A stretch of 61,381 bases of DNA, counting the filler, from Candidatus Coatesbacteria bacterium (GTDB taxonomy: Bacteria; JAFGND01), in assembly GCA_016927185.1 (NCBI GenBank). It is 3 parts of 3 records of this genome, joined end to end, with 100 filler letters (N's around TTAATTAATTAA, not from the genome) between each part and the next. Parts side by side here need not be neighbours in the genome. Positions count along the whole stretch, not along the records: positions 23,203 to 54,978 come from JAFGND010000062.1; 2 more parts are not named here. One strand, written 5' to 3'. The notes beneath the pieces are model-generated. The model was not told the origin of the DNA and did no database searches. It saw only the letters and a program-made list of their open reading frames with translations. The first letter of the stretch is position 1. Every line of letters begins with the position of its first letter. The position numbers were made by a program, and so were the translations under genes. Below, piece by piece: positions 40,503-50,244 of this stretch.

Positions 40503-41786
40503 TTATTCATCCATTGTTTTCATTATTAACTGCCAGCTAACAATAACAGTAATGAGAGTAGATATTATAAGAAGGTAATCTTTAAGATCTGTCTTTGTAG
40601 AAGGAGGAACATACAAATGTGTGTCTTCAGCAAGGATCTCATCCACTCTTATTTTATCATACTTTCCTGTCTTCTTGTCAAGAACCTGAAGTCTTTTCAT
40701 GTCTCCTTCTGGTGTTGCTCCTCCAGCTTTGTTTATATAATATATTGCAGGCTTGTTTGGAAGATAATCATATTCACCCGGTGTTCTGACATTTCCATAA
40801 ACAAAGACAGAACTTGTTTCAGTATTTATAAGAAGCTCATCCCTGTCTTGAAGAACAGTATTCATGTCAGCATTGATTTCCTTGAATCCATCTTTTGTAT
40901 AACGCCTTATCAGTATTCTTTTCCCTTTTATTGTAGGACTGCTATCTCCCAGCAATTGCAGGATATCTTCAACCTTCTCGTTTCCCAGGATTTCAAACCA
41001 GATGAACTTCGGTAATTCGCTTTCCAGATCTCTTGTTGTTATATCAACACTTGTTGTCTGATTTGTCAAATTAATCCTCATTCTTTCATACTCGAATGAA
41101 TGGTAAATATCACCTCTTATTTTTATAAGACCTGTTCTTTTCGGAACAAATATCCTGTCTCCCTGAGCTATCATTGGATTCTGTGTTGTATCTCCTTTTG
41201 CAAAGTACTGTCGTATATCGTATGAAGTTGTCTGTCCGTTTTCTCTTATTACCCTTATTTTCCTGTATGAACCATTTCCAAATATCCCCAATGACAATGC
41301 CAGAATAGTTGTTAATCTGCTGTAAACAGGTACAGTTACAAGTCCCTGTTTGTAGGTATGTCCACTCACATTAATCTGAATCTGTCTTACAGTTGTTACA
41401 CTCAGTGATAAATCGAAATCATGGAAATATTCACTATATGATTGTTTCAATCTTTTTTGTGCTTCAGGAATATTCAAACCGCCAATTACCTCTCCTTTTA
41501 TCATTGGTAACATGACTTTTCCGAAAGGATCAACAGTTCCACGATAGTTGATTACAACATTGCCAGTCAGCATTATTAATATCTGATCTCCTGGACCTAT
41601 CTTGTATTGGGTTGGATCTATCCTGGATTCAAGAGCGGCTGTATTCTGGGTTTCAGTTTTTAACAGGGTATTAATATTCTGTATGTTTGGTATATTGAGT
41701 CTATCAGAGCTTGATTCTCCAGGATCACCTATCTCAGCAAAAAGCAATACAGATAACAGACAACTAATGATTACTATTTTTTTCAT
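40503..41786 (-). CDS. Polysaccharide export protein (Wza-like, SLBB domains)
   Basis: YKIGPGD, GDRIFVP, VYGNVRTPG, AGG. Confidence 0.85.
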   Translation of the reverse strand: MKKIVIISCLLSVLLFAEIGDPGESSSDRLNIPNIQNINTLLKTETQNTAALESRIDPTQYKIGPGDQILIMLTGNVVINYRGTVDPFGKVMLPMIKGEVIGGLNIPEAQKRLKQSYSEYFHDFDLSLSVTTVRQIQINVSGHTYKQGLVTVPVYSRLTTILALSLGIFGNGSYRKIRVIRENGQTTSYDIRQYFAKGDTTQNPMIAQGDRIFVPKRTGLIKIRGDIYHSFEYERMRINLTNQTTSVDITTRDLESELPKFIWFEILGNEKVEDILQLLGDSSPTIKGKRILIRRYTKDGFKEINADMNTVLQDRDELLINTETSSVFVYGNVRTPGEYDYLPNKPAIYYINKAGGATPEGDMKRLQVLDKKTGKYDKIRVDEILAEDTHLYVPPSTKTDLKDYLLIISTLITVIVSWQLIMKTMDE

Positions 41787-42711
41787 ATTCCTTTTTGAAG
41801 TATTCTATTGTTTTTGTTAAACCTTCTTTTAAACCTATAACCGGTTGCCAGTCGAGCAATTCCTTCGCTCTGCCAAGAACGGGTTTCCTTTTTTTGGGAT
41901 CATCCCTGGGTAAAGGAGTGAAAACCATTTCTGATTTATTACCTGTTAATTCATTTATTTGCCTGGCAAAGTCCAGAATTGTCATTTCTTCATCATTACC
42001 AAGATTAACAGGACCTGTGTCTTCTACATTCAGAAATCTTGTAATAGCTTCGACCATATCCGAAACGTAGCAAAAGCTCCTTGTCTGCAATCCATCACCA
42101 TAAATAGTCAATGGTTTGTTTGCAAGAGCCTGCATTATAAAATTCGGTACAACTCTTCCATCGTTAATTTGCATTCTTGGGCCAAAAGTATTGAAAATCC
42201 TTATTATCTTTATCTTTGTTTTATAATATCTTTTATATGCAAATGATACTGCTTCTGCAAAACGTTTTGATTCATCATAAACACTTCTTGGACCTGTTGG
42301 ATTTACGTTTCCCCAATAGTTCTCTTCCTGAGGATGTACAAGTGGATCTCCATAGATTTCAGAAGTTGAAGCAAGAAAGAAGCCAGCTTTCTTTTCTCTT
42401 GCAAGATCAAGTAGATTGAAAACGGCTATGGATCCAACCTTTAGCGTGAGGAATGGTTTTTGCATATAATCTATTGGACTTGCAGGGGAAGCGAAATGAA
42501 GAATCCAGTCTATATCATTTTTTATATCTAAAGGCTCAATACAATCTGCTTCAAGGAAACTGAATGAAGCATTGCTGAATAAATGACTTATATTTTCGGC
42601 TTTTCCTGTCGAAAAGTTATCCACACCGATTACTGAATGTCCATTTGATATCAGCTTATCAGTTAAATGTGAGCCGATAAAGCCAGCTGCACCTGTCAAC
42701 AATATATTCAT
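41764..42711 (-). CDS. UDP-glucuronic acid decarboxylase family SDR
   Basis: TGAAGFIG, ASPASP, YWGNVNP.GPRSVYDESKR, DGRVV, DDPKKR. Confidence 0.92.
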   Translation of the reverse strand: MNILLTGAAGFIGSHLTDKLISNGHSVIGVDNFSTGKAENISHLFSNASFSFLEADCIEPLDIKNDIDWILHFASPASPIDYMQKPFLTLKVGSIAVFNLLDLAREKKAGFFLASTSEIYGDPLVHPQEENYWGNVNPTGPRSVYDESKRFAEAVSFAYKRYYKTKIKIIRIFNTFGPRMQINDGRVVPNFIMQALANKPLTIYGDGLQTRSFCYVSDMVEAITRFLNVEDTGPVNLGNDEEMTILDFARQINELTGNKSEMVFTPLPRDDPKKRKPVLGRAKELLDWQPVIGLKEGLTKTIEYFKKEYEKNSNH

Positions 42712-42768
42712 TTTTCTTTCTCTTATTATAAAACTAAGGGTTTTTGGACTTTGAAAAACGCTTAACCA

Positions 42769-42826
42769 TGTCAAGATAAAAAAGGAAAATCTATGGAATA
42801 AATCAATTATTAATCTAATCTTGACA
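42769..42826. promoter_or_regulatory. Divergent -35 hexamers for the uxs operon and ptb
   Basis: TTGACA minus 42769-42774 and plus 42821-42826. Confidence 0.65.
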
Positions 42827-42858
42827 CTTTTGATTGATTTACAGTCTTTGCTTTACAT

Positions 42859-43797
42859 ATGAAAAGAATTGAAACCTTTGATGAGCTTAAAGAAGCTACT
42901 CAGCAAGGTGAGCCAGCAAAAATAGCTGTAGTGAATGCAGACAATGATGATGTTCTGCTGTCATTGCAGTCTGCAAACAGGGAAGGTTACATTAAAGGAT
43001 ACTTGATAGGAGATAAAAACGGAATAAATCAGGTATCTATAAGGAATGAAATAAATATTTCAGATTTTGAAGTTATCCATAGTAATAACGAAACATCAGC
43101 TGCTTTCATAGCACTGGAACTGGTAAGATCAATGCAAGCTGATATCATAATGAAGGGAAATATCTCTACAGGAAAGCTATTGAGTGTTTTGCTGGACAGG
43201 GAAAGAGGAATTAGAGCGGGGAAACTGCTTTCGCATGTCTCCATTTTCCAGTTGCCAGGGAAATCAGGGTTCAAATTTATGTCAGATGCAGCAATCAACA
43301 TAAAACCAACTTGCTTCGAAAAGATTTCTATATGCCAGAATGCAATAAAGATTGCAAATGCACTTGGATATATGCTGCCAAAGGTTGCCCTTATTACTCC
43401 ATTCGAGAAAGTCTTCCTCGATGAGATACCATCAACCATAGATGCTGCATTGATATCCAAGATGGGAGAAAGGGGACAGATAGCTGAAGCCTGTTTTGAT
43501 GGACCTATTTCGCTAGACATTGCATTAAGCCCCGAAGCAGCAAAAGAGAAAGGTTACAGTGGTCTAATAAAGGGTGATGCAGATATATTCATAGTTCATG
43601 ATCTTGAAACAGGAAATGTATTCTATAAAGCACTCATATATTTTGTTGATTGTACTGTTTCGGGAATAATTGCAGGAGCACAGGTCCCGATAGTACTTAC
43701 ATCAAGAGCGGATCATGATTATACAAAGCATTTATCTATTATTACTGCAGTATATCTAAGCAGGATTGATAAAAAGGATGAATTGAATGAAGTATAA
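42859..43797 (+). CDS. ptb: Phosphate butyryltransferase family protein (copy 1)
   Basis: IMKG, LLSHV, DAAIN, DGP, GNVFYK, PIVLTSRAD. Confidence 0.85.
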   Translation: MKRIETFDELKEATQQGEPAKIAVVNADNDDVLLSLQSANREGYIKGYLIGDKNGINQVSIRNEINISDFEVIHSNNETSAAFIALELVRSMQADIIMKGNISTGKLLSVLLDRERGIRAGKLLSHVSIFQLPGKSGFKFMSDAAINIKPTCFEKISICQNAIKIANALGYMLPKVALITPFEKVFLDEIPSTIDAALISKMGERGQIAEACFDGPISLDIALSPEAAKEKGYSGLIKGDADIFIVHDLETGNVFYKALIYFVDCTVSGIIAGAQVPIVLTSRADHDYTKHLSIITAVYLSRIDKKDELNEV

Positions 43798-44695
43798 ATC
43801 CATGGAAGAGCTTCTTATGGCTGCTTCAACAATGCCAAAATGCAGGATAGCATTAGTCAACCCTTATCAGAAGCTTACATGGATGAGTCTGGCTCAGGTA
43901 GAGGATCTGAAAATCGAGTTTATCTGCATTGGTGAGGAAAACAAAATGATTGGTTTTCCGAAACTCAAATGGGCATCCATCAAGACTGTTGATGATGAGA
44001 ATGAAGCAATTAATGCAGCAATAGAATTGATTTACAATGGACAGGCTGATATTCTAATGAATGGTCTGGCTAATCCCAAGAAGATATTCGAACTTATTAT
44101 GAAAGCTGAAAAGCTGAATGAGAGAAAGCCAATTCTATCTCACATTGGTTTATTCGAAATTCCAGCCTATTCAAAAAAGATGCTTTTCATTACAGATGCT
44201 GGAGCAAATATCACCCCTGATCTTGTCACCAAGGTTGAGATAACCAAGAATGTTGTTAACATTGCACATATACTCGGTTATGAAAACCCAAATGTTGCGA
44301 TTATTACTCCTATAGAACAGGTGAATCCCAAAAACCTTCCTTCTACCGTAGATGCTGCAGCAATAAGCCAGATGGGAAAGACTGGTCAGCTTGGAAAATG
44401 CACAGTAGACGGACCTCTGGCACTTGATAACGCAATATCGGAAAGAGCTGCAAAGATTAAGAATATCAAGAGTCCAGTTGCAGGCAATGCAGATATACTT
44501 GTGGTGCATGATATAGAGAGTGGCAATATCCTGTATAAGATTTTAACTCAGTTGACAGAATCAAAGGTTGCTGCAACAGTAGCAGGAGTATTTTATCCAA
44601 TAGCAATGCCTTCAAGAACAGATAGCCTGGCTAACAGGATTCACAGTATGGCACTTACTAAGGTATTGTCATTAAGCGAGATGCAAGAGAATTAA
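43787..44695 (+). CDS. ptb: Phosphate butyryltransferase family protein (copy 2)
   Basis: LSHI, TDAGAN, DGPLALDNA, GNILYK, PSRTD. Confidence 0.82.
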   Translation: MKYKSMEELLMAASTMPKCRIALVNPYQKLTWMSLAQVEDLKIEFICIGEENKMIGFPKLKWASIKTVDDENEAINAAIELIYNGQADILMNGLANPKKIFELIMKAEKLNERKPILSHIGLFEIPAYSKKMLFITDAGANITPDLVTKVEITKNVVNIAHILGYENPNVAIITPIEQVNPKNLPSTVDAAAISQMGKTGQLGKCTVDGPLALDNAISERAAKIKNIKSPVAGNADILVVHDIESGNILYKILTQLTESKVAATVAGVFYPIAMPSRTDSLANRIHSMALTKVLSLSEMQEN

Positions 44696-44758
44696 ACTTG
44701 GTTTTTTTTATTTGTTTTTTTAGAAATCTTATGGAAACTTTATATTTATGGAGGCTAT

Positions 44759-45313
44759 ATGAGAATTTCCATATTTGTGGATGGAACAAATTTTTTCTAT
44801 ATGCAGAAAGACAAATTGCATTGGTGGATTGATCCCAAGAAAGTGCTTGATTATTTATCCAGAAACGGTGATGAAATAGTTGATGCCTTTTACTATGTTG
44901 GAGTAGACAGCAATGTTGACTCCCAGCAAGATAATTATTTGAAAGCACTTGCTCATATGGGATATTGTCTTGAAAGGAAAGAATTGAAAACCATTTACCT
45001 TCCTGATGGAACACATAAACAGAAAGCTAATCTTGATGTTGAAATTGTATTAGATATGTTTAATACAATAGATCTTTATGATAAGGCAGTTCTTGTAAGC
45101 GGAGATGGAGACTTTCAAAGAGCATTAAGACTTCTCAGGGAACGAGGCAAGAAATTCCTTGTTATGTCAACTTCTGGAATAGTTGCCAGGGAAATAAGGG
45201 AAGTAGCTGGAATGCATTATATCGACTTTAACGACATAAGAAATTTTGTTGAAAAGCCCCAGAAAGGTATTTATCCTGATGATATTTCTCCAGTAGATAT
45301 TGAAGAAGACTGA
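44759..45313 (+). CDS. NYN domain (LabA/DUF88) protein
   Basis: FVDGTN, NLDVEIVLDM, VSGDGDF. Confidence 0.92.
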   Translation: MRISIFVDGTNFFYMQKDKLHWWIDPKKVLDYLSRNGDEIVDAFYYVGVDSNVDSQQDNYLKALAHMGYCLERKELKTIYLPDGTHKQKANLDVEIVLDMFNTIDLYDKAVLVSGDGDFQRALRLLRERGKKFLVMSTSGIVAREIREVAGMHYIDFNDIRNFVEKPQKGIYPDDISPVDIEED

Positions 45314-45319
45314 AACAAG

Positions 45320-47170
45320 TTACCAGTGTTTTATTATGAGAGGTTTATTATCTATCCACTTTATCAGGAAGTGCTTTGTCCATTCCCCATTGCCTCTTCC
45401 AGTTGTATAGCATTTGTGAAAACAGCTAACCTCAACCTGATATGGAGGGGAAGATGAAAGAACTTTTGCCTGTATATTTTCCGCCGTAAACTTCTTAACC
45501 TCTCTTTTGCTTCTCCAGTTGGTGACAATTACATTCAGTTTTTCTCTGCTTATTTTATTGAATGAAAGGTATTCAGTTGGATCTGAAAAGAGGCTGACAA
45601 ATTTATCAATATCACCATCAGTGATAGATACTGACCATTCCTTAACTATAAATTTGGAAACAGCTTCAAGTTTTTCTATTTTTTCATTATCAGGTTGAGG
45701 TTTTTCAATTTCATTATTCAATGCAAACAGGTTTTCTTCAAAAGCTTCATCAGAAGTTGGCTTTATGACAACCTCCTTTTTTTCATACAGGCTTAAAGGT
45801 GATTCATCCTTCTTTTCTGCAGAGAGGCTTTTGGGCAGCTTTTTTTCGAAATCAAGAAAGTCATTCCTGGCTTCTTTTCTTTCAGGATTCACTTCCTTCT
45901 TGATTTTTGTTTCCTTGAATTTCTTGGGTAATGTACTTATTACAATTTCAGGATATCTCTCATCAAAAGGATTAATATCCCATGCAAGATTTCTCAGGAA
46001 ATTGACACTGAGTAGAAAAAGCAACACTACTGAGGCTACCAAAAAGGATCTCATGAAGGACTTTGACAATCCTAGCTCAGATAATTTGACAGGGAATCTT
46101 TTCTTCTTTTTCATATGATTGAGAATTGGTTTCAGGGGAGGAGTCTGCATTGGATTCTTTTCTTTCAGGGGCTTCAAGGATTCATGTGAATATGAATTGC
46201 TGACTTGCAAATCATGGTTTAATATCTTATATGAGTCATTATTTATGGAGACAACAAGGGAACTCTTGTTCACAATTGAATTCAAGATTACTGTTACTTC
46301 ATCTATGGATTGAGGTCTTTCTATTGGTTTTGGAGACAGGCATTTCAGTAACAATCTATTGATTTCATCAGGAATATTCTTGTTTATATCTTGAGGAGAA
46401 ACAGGGGATAACATCTTTCTCTGACTTAGCATGAAATCAGGTTCTTTGTAAGGCATTTTTCCTGTCATCATGAAATAGAACATGACCCCATAGGAATATA
46501 TGTCTGTTAGATGGGTAGGTATTCCATTCCTTATTAACTCAGGGGCAAGATAAGATGGTGGGGGATTGGGAGATCCCTTTCCTGAAACTGCTTTTCCCCA
46601 ACCTGCTTTTACAACACAAAAACCTGAAATTTTTGCACTTTTTTCTTCATCAAGAAGAACATTTCCAGGATGCAAGTCAAGATGCAATATTCCTTTATGA
46701 TGAGCAAAACTCAATCCAAGAGATACCTGGTATGCTATTTTAAGCTTTTTCTCTATCTGGAGATCCTCATCAATAAGCGTCTTTTTGACATCGGAAGCCA
46801 GTAGCTCTTCAGCTATATAAACGTAACCATTATATCTACCTATTTTAAATATCTTGACTATATTATTATGCAACATTCTGGAAGCTTTATAAGCTTCTTT
46901 CATATAATATGAAGAGAAATCCTGATCCAGGAAATCTGATGTTTTAAGTATTCTCAGGGCGACAAGTGACTTGCTACTGATATCTTCTGCTGTAAATACT
47001 CTTGTCCATGAACTCTTTCCAAGTAATGATATCAGAACGTATCTTTCAGCAAAAATTTTTTTCTGACTAAGGAAATAGTCAATGTCATTTTCCTTTTGCT
47101 TTAAAACAGCGCAGAAAGGGCATTCCTTGACATTTTCTGGCAGGTAATTCCCACAATTAATACAATTCAT
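45320..47170 (-). CDS. Membrane Hanks-type Ser/Thr kinase-like protein, probably a pseudokinase
   Basis: N-terminal CxxC-CxxC ribbon, HNNIV, HLDLHPGN, YLAPE, DIYSYG, ERP, one TM and an extracytoplasmic domain. Confidence 0.85.
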   Translation of the reverse strand: MNCINCGNYLPENVKECPFCAVLKQKENDIDYFLSQKKIFAERYVLISLLGKSSWTRVFTAEDISSKSLVALRILKTSDFLDQDFSSYYMKEAYKASRMLHNNIVKIFKIGRYNGYVYIAEELLASDVKKTLIDEDLQIEKKLKIAYQVSLGLSFAHHKGILHLDLHPGNVLLDEEKSAKISGFCVVKAGWGKAVSGKGSPNPPPSYLAPELIRNGIPTHLTDIYSYGVMFYFMMTGKMPYKEPDFMLSQRKMLSPVSPQDINKNIPDEINRLLLKCLSPKPIERPQSIDEVTVILNSIVNKSSLVVSINNDSYKILNHDLQVSNSYSHESLKPLKEKNPMQTPPLKPILNHMKKKKRFPVKLSELGLSKSFMRSFLVASVVLLFLLSVNFLRNLAWDINPFDERYPEIVISTLPKKFKETKIKKEVNPERKEARNDFLDFEKKLPKSLSAEKKDESPLSLYEKKEVVIKPTSDEAFEENLFALNNEIEKPQPDNEKIEKLEAVSKFIVKEWSVSITDGDIDKFVSLFSDPTEYLSFNKISREKLNVIVTNWRSKREVKKFTAENIQAKVLSSSPPYQVEVSCFHKCYTTGRGNGEWTKHFLIKWIDNKPLIIKHW

Positions 47171-47281
47171 CTATACATCCTGAGCAATCGTAATTATTAC
47201 ATTGACATGGTTTAAAAACTTAAAGTTTTTTTTCAAGTAAAATCTGCTATTTATTGAATATTATTGATTTATATGATAGTC

Positions 47282-48493
47282 TTACTTATCCAGTTCTTTT
47301 CTTAAATCCTCTAAGTTCTTGTATTTAAGAATCTTAGCTATCGAGTATTGTTCCTCTGCAGCAGTTTTTTTCCCCATTTTGCTGTAAACCAATGCAAGAT
47401 TTGCATGATATGTTGGATTACCTGGAAAAGCAGATACAGAATTTTCGAAAGCCTTTAAAGCTTCTGCAAATTTTTTTTCATCAAGCAATATCAAACCATA
47501 TATATTCCATGCTGGACCGAAATAAGGATTGTTTTTCAATGCGAATTCAAGGATCTCAATAGCTTCTTCGTTTTTCTTTTCATTGTATAAACAGGAAGCT
47601 TTGTTTGTTAATGCCAGAACCTGCTTAGGATCAGATTGTAGTACCTTCTCTATCAATTCCATGGCTTTTTTATTTTCTCCCTTGTTCAATAAAGCTCCAC
47701 TCAAGGCAGCCATGATTTCCTCTTTACTGTATCTGTTGAAAGTGCCTTTAAGAGCTGCTTCGAAAACCTTCACTGCTTCATCATACTTGTCCATAAGGAG
47801 AAGATCAAAACCTGCTGAAGCAAGGGAATCTCCTTTTGTTGCCTCCCTTGACATTCTTGTTTCATTTTTTTCCAGATTGTCTATAAGAAACCTTATAGGT
47901 TCAAGAGGTTTATAATGAAGAGCTTCAGCTTTATGGAAATGCACTTTTGCATTTTTAAGATCACCTGCTAATGCATATGCAAGAGACAAGTTTGCTTGTG
48001 CTTCTGGAAGCTCAGTTTCAAGGGTAACTGCTCTTTTCAATGCAATCAAAGCATTCTTGTAATCATTCTGAGCAAGATATAATGCACCTATACTTGAGTG
48101 GGCTTGCGCATATTTGGAATTTATATCAAGAGCTTTTATATAAGCTTCTTCAGCTTCCTTGAACTTGCCCTGCTTCCTTAGGACTATTCCAAGATTTGTA
48201 TAAGCCTGATAGTTTCTCGGATTGAGCTTGACTGCTATTTCATGCTGTTCCTGTGCCTTCTTGTATTCTCCACTCAGATAATATTCTGTTCCCAATGCAG
48301 TATGCAGATCATCTTTTTCAAAATCTTTTGTCGGCATCCTGACAGCTTTTTCCAGATTTTCTATTACTTCCTTATGATTTCCCTTTTGCTGGGCATTCCA
48401 TGCTTTCCTTGCAAACTCATCTCCTTCCTGGATCTTTGTACAGGAGGTCAGCAGAAAAACAGCAATATAAAGTACTATAATAGTTCTAAACAT
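47282..48493 (-). CDS. TPR-repeat lipoprotein
   Basis: Lipobox LLTSC, multiple TPRs (AYTNLG, AWNIYG). Confidence 0.88.
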   Translation of the reverse strand: MFRTIIVLYIAVFLLTSCTKIQEGDEFARKAWNAQQKGNHKEVIENLEKAVRMPTKDFEKDDLHTALGTEYYLSGEYKKAQEQHEIAVKLNPRNYQAYTNLGIVLRKQGKFKEAEEAYIKALDINSKYAQAHSSIGALYLAQNDYKNALIALKRAVTLETELPEAQANLSLAYALAGDLKNAKVHFHKAEALHYKPLEPIRFLIDNLEKNETRMSREATKGDSLASAGFDLLLMDKYDEAVKVFEAALKGTFNRYSKEEIMAALSGALLNKGENKKAMELIEKVLQSDPKQVLALTNKASCLYNEKKNEEAIEILEFALKNNPYFGPAWNIYGLILLDEKKFAEALKAFENSVSAFPGNPTYHANLALVYSKMGKKTAAEEQYSIAKILKYKNLEDLRKELDK

Positions 48494-48522
48494 AAGTTCT
48501 TTAATTCCATGACAAGCAATTT

Positions 48523-48528
48523 AGTCAA
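48523..48528 (-). promoter_or_regulatory. -35 hexamer, 30 nt before ATG 48493
   Basis: CTTGACT. Confidence 0.55.
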
Positions 48529-48601
48529 GCAATAATTTGACTGAGTTATAGTTGATTGTTGAGTTTGCTTTATTTCATTAGATGCAATAGCTGATATTAT
48601 C

Positions 48602-49387
48602 TCAGTATTGAACTTTTTTTGGCAGACCATCAATTATTGCAGTTGCAATTCCGTTCTTGCCGAAAGAACCGCTATTTATATAACTCGTACCATAATTTGT
48701 TCCTATTATCCAGTCATGATGTTCATGACCATGAAAGTAGAATCTGACATTATAAGCCTTGAACCAGCTCTCAAGAACCAAACGCTGATTGGAAGGTAAG
48801 GATCTTCTCTTTGGTATCCTGTAATCATGTGGATATATTACAGGAAAATGACCTGCTATCCATATCTCTTTTTTCCTGCAGGTAAGTTCAAACATTTCTT
48901 TCTGCAACATTCTTATTGTGTAATCATTCATCTCACCAGATGCGTATATAAGAGGATTCGGTTTCACCATATTCAGGCATATCAAAGTTACATTTTCATA
49001 TAGGAAATATTTCTTGAAAGATTTCTCTTCATCACTTGAATTTTTCAGGAAGTATTTATAGAATAAGCCCTCACTAGTTTTCAGATAGTAATCATGGTTA
49101 CCCGGCATAACTATAAGCTTCCCTTTCTCATACAATTCCCCCAGTATGTCCAATGATAAGCTGAATTCTTTTTCCTGGGAGGTTGTTGTAAGATCACCTG
49201 TAAGTATTATATAATCCCAGTCCTCTTTGAAGATTTTCTCAAGTCTTTCTCTTGTTAGATTATTCTTGAACTTCAATCTCCTTCGTAAATAAAGATTTAA
49301 CTGACCGGCCAGCCTTTTAGTGAAAATGGAATTGAGTGGCATGTCATATACATGGAAATGCAAATCACTAATATGGAGGACTCTCAT
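48602..49387 (-). CDS. Calcineurin-like metallophosphoesterase
   Basis: SDLH, TGD, GNHD, HGHEH. Confidence 0.9.
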   Translation of the reverse strand: MRVLHISDLHFHVYDMPLNSIFTKRLAGQLNLYLRRRLKFKNNLTRERLEKIFKEDWDYIILTGDLTTTSQEKEFSLSLDILGELYEKGKLIVMPGNHDYYLKTSEGLFYKYFLKNSSDEEKSFKKYFLYENVTLICLNMVKPNPLIYASGEMNDYTIRMLQKEMFELTCRKKEIWIAGHFPVIYPHDYRIPKRRSLPSNQRLVLESWFKAYNVRFYFHGHEHHDWIIGTNYGTSYINSGSFGKNGIATAIIDGLPKKVQY

Positions 49388-49457
49388 ATTTCAATATCTG
49401 TTAATTATCATATACTTAAAAGATGCTTGCTTATGTTTCATTTGAAAATCAAGTCTT

Positions 49458-50204
49458 TTATTCCTCAATCTCCTTTTCCATTTCACTTAATGTCTTACTG
49501 AAATCAGTTCCAGAAGTTCTTATCAAGTATTTATGATAGAAGCGATTAGTACCCCAGACATTCAGGCTTTTTCCCGGAAGAATTGCAGAATCAATATCAC
49601 TATTCTGAAGAATGCCCAGAATTGAACCATCTGTTTCTCCATATGGGTATAGATATACAGGTATGAAATATATTGCATTCTTGTTAAAAAAATCAATGGA
49701 TTCTTTGAGTTCTTTCTTGAATAACTCATCCTTCTTTTCAGAACCTTCGTTTGCTGCAATTTCAAGATATCTTGAGTAATTAGATGATGTTAAACCTATT
49801 TCATGTCCAGCTTTTATAATTTTTCTCAGGATACTAATTGATATATCTTGTCCTGCAATTTGCTTTTCAGGAACAACAAAGAAAATAGCTTTAAATTTGA
49901 ATTCATTTAATAATCTGAGATATCCATCCAGCTGACTTGAGCTCGGGAATGGAAAAATCACAAGAATATTTCTTGACGGTAGCTGATTATTTCCTTTCTT
50001 GAATTTCAGCCATTCTTCAAAGGAAACCGGTTTGTAATTGTTTTTAGCAAGATATGCAAAATCCTTCCTTACATCTTCCATGCTGTATTGAAAAGCTCTT
50101 ATTGAAGTGGGATCCCCATAACACAGGAATAATGCTGAAGATGAGAAATCCCATGCCTGCAAATGAATTGAGATTAAAAAGATGAATACTATGTTTTTTT
50201 TCAT
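49458..50204 (-). CDS. Secreted polysaccharide deacetylase-like protein, degenerate
   Basis: Signal peptide, LPSRNILVIF, AIFFV, GHEIG, YPYG; lacks TFDD and HxxxH. Confidence 0.65.
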   Translation of the reverse strand: MKKNIVFIFLISIHLQAWDFSSSALFLCYGDPTSIRAFQYSMEDVRKDFAYLAKNNYKPVSFEEWLKFKKGNNQLPSRNILVIFPFPSSSQLDGYLRLLNEFKFKAIFFVVPEKQIAGQDISISILRKIIKAGHEIGLTSSNYSRYLEIAANEGSEKKDELFKKELKESIDFFNKNAIYFIPVYLYPYGETDGSILGILQNSDIDSAILPGKSLNVWGTNRFYHKYLIRTSGTDFSKTLSEMEKEIEE

Positions 50205-50234
50205 TTAATCTGATGTTTTCATTTCAAAATACCA

Positions 50235-50240
50235 TGTCAA
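50235..50240 (-). promoter_or_regulatory. -35 hexamer, 31 nt before ATG 50204
   Basis: TTGACA. Confidence 0.55.
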
Positions 50241-50244
50241 TAAT

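Noticed and set aside
44759-47170. NYN nuclease plus kinase as a defence or toxin-antitoxin system
   Set aside because: Genes are convergent, the NYN is a stand-alone LabA/DUF88 type, and no defence-island context is present
48523-48542. AGTCAA-N8-TTGACT inverted repeat
   Set aside because: Short; one arm is explained as the -35 of the TPR gene, and there is not enough evidence for an operator
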